A stretch of 41,341 nt of DNA from Planctomycetota bacterium. Lineage in GTDB: Bacteria; Planctomycetota; Planctomycetia; JALXBF01. Location of the stretch: positions 1 to 41,341 of the forward strand of contig JALXBF010000155.1 of assembly GCA_026991575.1 (NCBI GenBank), in the 5' to 3' direction. Below, piece after piece: positions 39,365 to 41,341 of the stretch; position 1 is the stretch's first letter; each line of letters opens with the position of its first letter. Under the pieces are notes generated by a model, which was given only the letters and a program-made list of their open reading frames with translations, was not told where the DNA came from and did no database searches. A program made the translations under genes and the position numbers.

Positions 39365-40492
39365 ATGTCCTGGTCCCGACCACTGCCCTTCAGTCCGGCT
39401 GCCGAACGTGCGATCCGCACGGCACAGGGCCTGGCGGCCGCTGCAGGCGAGTCAGAAGCAACCCCGGTTCACCTGCTGCTTGGCGTGCTGCTGGAGCAAG
39501 AGTCGCGCGGGCCGGAGTTGTTGCGCCGAGCCGGCGTCGATGTGGCCCGCCTGACTGCCCGCCTCATGGCCGCACTCAGCCTCCAGAATGCAAACGCCTT
39601 AGACCACCGGGTAGCCCTGTCGGGAGAAACTCGCGCGGTACTGCGGCGCGCACAGCAGGCAGCTGCCGCCTATCCCCCACAGCAGCCGGGCACCGAGCAC
39701 CTGCTTCAGGCCGTCCTCAGGCACGTGCCGGAATGGCACGAATTGCTGGAAGCCGAAGGGGTGCCGGTACGCCAACTGATGCGGCGTGGAGAACTCCCTG
39801 ACGACTACGATCCCGATGCCCCCCCGATCCCACTGGACGAACCGGCCGGCGAACGCCGCAGACGCGCACTTGCGAACGCCCGCCTCTACGTGCTCATCCA
39901 GCCCGGCGGGCGGTGGTCACCGGAGGAGCTGCTCAGTCGGGCCGCACAAGGGGGGGCTCAGGTGTTTCAGCTCCGGGCCAAGGCGCTGCCTGACCGCGAA
40001 CTCCTCGCGCTGGCCCGACGCCTGGCCCGGCTAGCGCGCGAGCACGACGTGCTGCTGCTGATCAACGACCGGCCTGACATTGCGCTGTTGGCTGAAGCCG
40101 ACGGCGTGCACGTAGGCCAGGACGATTTGCCACCGCAGGCGGTCCACTCGGTGGTGGGCAGCGACGTACTGGTGGGCATATCGACGCACAGCGTGGCCCA
40201 GGCCCAACAGGCGGAGGCGACCGAAGGGGTCGCCTACATAGGCGTTGGCCCCGTCTTCCGCTCAAGCACCAAGCACTTCAACCGGCCCGCGGGGCTGGAG
40301 CTGGTGCAGGCCGTCTGTCCACAAGCAGGCTTGCCCGCCTTCGCCATTGGCGGCATCGACGCGTCCAACATTGGTCAGGTGCTCGAAGCGGGCGCGCGAC
40401 GTGTGGCCGTCTGCGGAGCGATCGCGTCGGCAGATGACCCACAACAGGCCGCGGCCACGCTCCGAGAGCACCTGGATCGGTACTGGGCCTAG
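39365..40492 (+). CDS. thiE: Thiamine-phosphate synthase with N-terminal double Clp-N repeat domain
   Basis: QLRAK, INDRPDIA, GVHVGQDD, STHS, GPVFRSSTK, AIGGI; N-terminus has PVHLLLG and GTEHLL Clp repeats. Confidence 0.9.
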   Translation: MSWSRPLPFSPAAERAIRTAQGLAAAAGESEATPVHLLLGVLLEQESRGPELLRRAGVDVARLTARLMAALSLQNANALDHRVALSGETRAVLRRAQQAAAAYPPQQPGTEHLLQAVLRHVPEWHELLEAEGVPVRQLMRRGELPDDYDPDAPPIPLDEPAGERRRRALANARLYVLIQPGGRWSPEELLSRAAQGGAQVFQLRAKALPDRELLALARRLARLAREHDVLLLINDRPDIALLAEADGVHVGQDDLPPQAVHSVVGSDVLVGISTHSVAQAQQAEATEGVAYIGVGPVFRSSTKHFNRPAGLELVQAVCPQAGLPAFAIGGIDASNIGQVLEAGARRVAVCGAIASADDPQQAAATLREHLDRYWA

Positions 40493-41340
40493 TCCGAACC
40501 CGCCCGCGCCGGACCTGCTCGGTCTGGGCCCCCGGGCACAGCCAAACTCGACGACGCCCCCGTTTGCTTGTCCCGCAACGACGGGACATCCGCGGTCACC
40601 TGATAGATGAGGAAATCGTCCATAGGCAGGTCGCTGGCCTGCCAGGGCAGGTTCCAGCTGCCACCGGCGTAGTAATGGACCTCGCGTGAGATCGTTCGCA
40701 GCGGGTTGGGGGAACGAGGCGTCAAGTGCTGCGCTAGCCTCAGCGCGCGACGCACCTCGGGCCGCTCCAGATACTCCAGCTTCCACGTCAGAATGACCGG
40801 GAAAATCACCAGATCACCCTTCTTGAGCGCACAGTAGCGGGGATCGTACAGCTTCATCCCGGCCCGTTGAGCATAGTAGACCCAACCCCAGTGGCCAAAG
40901 AACCAGGCCGAATTGCCCGTCCGCTTGCCCAACTCAACCGCCACGCGTCCTTGATTCAGCGCGATGGCCCGGTACCAGTTGGCAAAGCGGCGGTCCGCGT
41001 CGGCCAGTGCCAGCCCCAGGATTACGGCAAGCCAGGCCGAAAACGCGTTCGTCCAGTGCCCCAGGCCGCCAGAGCCGCCGTCGTCTCGTTCCACGGCACG
41101 CATCAACAGCAGCGTGGCCGGAACAATGCCAATGGCAACATGCCGCACCGCCAAGAACGGAACGGCCAGGAGCCCGAACGCCACCAGCGCAAGGTGCCAC
41201 CAGCTGAAAAGAACCGTCAGCTCGTCGGCTTCGCGGGACGGTCCGACGCCATCGCCGGGCTGTCGAGTCGGCGGATCGCCTGCCGCTTCGGACGGCGCGT
41301 CGGCTCGGCCGCTAGACGGTCCATCAGGTAGTGGCTGGGG
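40489..41340 (-). CDS. Polytopic membrane protein, C-terminal part (GT-C/ArnT-like glycosyltransferase candidate); starts beyond the window
   Basis: Open frame to the window edge; several TM helices followed by a soluble domain with GHWGWVYY. Confidence 0.55.
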   Translation of the reverse strand, partial: PQPLPDGPSSGRADAPSEAAGDPPTRQPGDGVGPSREADELTVLFSWWHLALVAFGLLAVPFLAVRHVAIGIVPATLLLMRAVERDDGGSGGLGHWTNAFSAWLAVILGLALADADRRFANWYRAIALNQGRVAVELGKRTGNSAWFFGHWGWVYYAQRAGMKLYDPRYCALKKGDLVIFPVILTWKLEYLERPEVRRALRLAQHLTPRSPNPLRTISREVHYYAGGSWNLPWQASDLPMDDFLIYQVTADVPSLRDKQTGASSSLAVPGGPDRAGPARAGSD

Positions 41341-41341
41341 G

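Overview
GC-rich bacterial chromosomal segment with no mobile element, CRISPR array or RNA gene that I can support. The gene content points to a Planctomycetota genome (inference): an ECF sigma/Ser-Thr kinase pair, a DUF3365-type cytochrome c, a Tat-exported sugar-phosphate isomerase, and TPR and FHA proteins. Housekeeping genes include the eno 3' end, scpA, lipA, glmS, 2-oxoacid:ferredoxin oxidoreductase alpha/beta, surE, trpB2, gcvH-like, tupA, clpC and thiE. The most unusual signals are: (1) a rewired lipoylation module, with an intact LipA overlapped by a LipB homologue lacking both catalytic residues, a nearby stand-alone lipoyl domain with no lysine at all, and an orphan GcvH-like protein that keeps its lysine; (2) a BshC-like ligase translationally coupled to a GT2 glycosyltransferase rather than BshA, suggesting an unknown glyco-amino-acid or thiol pathway; (3) a double Clp-N repeat domain fused to thiamine-phosphate synthase, divergent from the clpC locus; (4) a degenerate ECF sigma paired with a kinase whose catalytic loop reads HHDITPAN. 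Family calls come from motif recognition by eye, not database searches.
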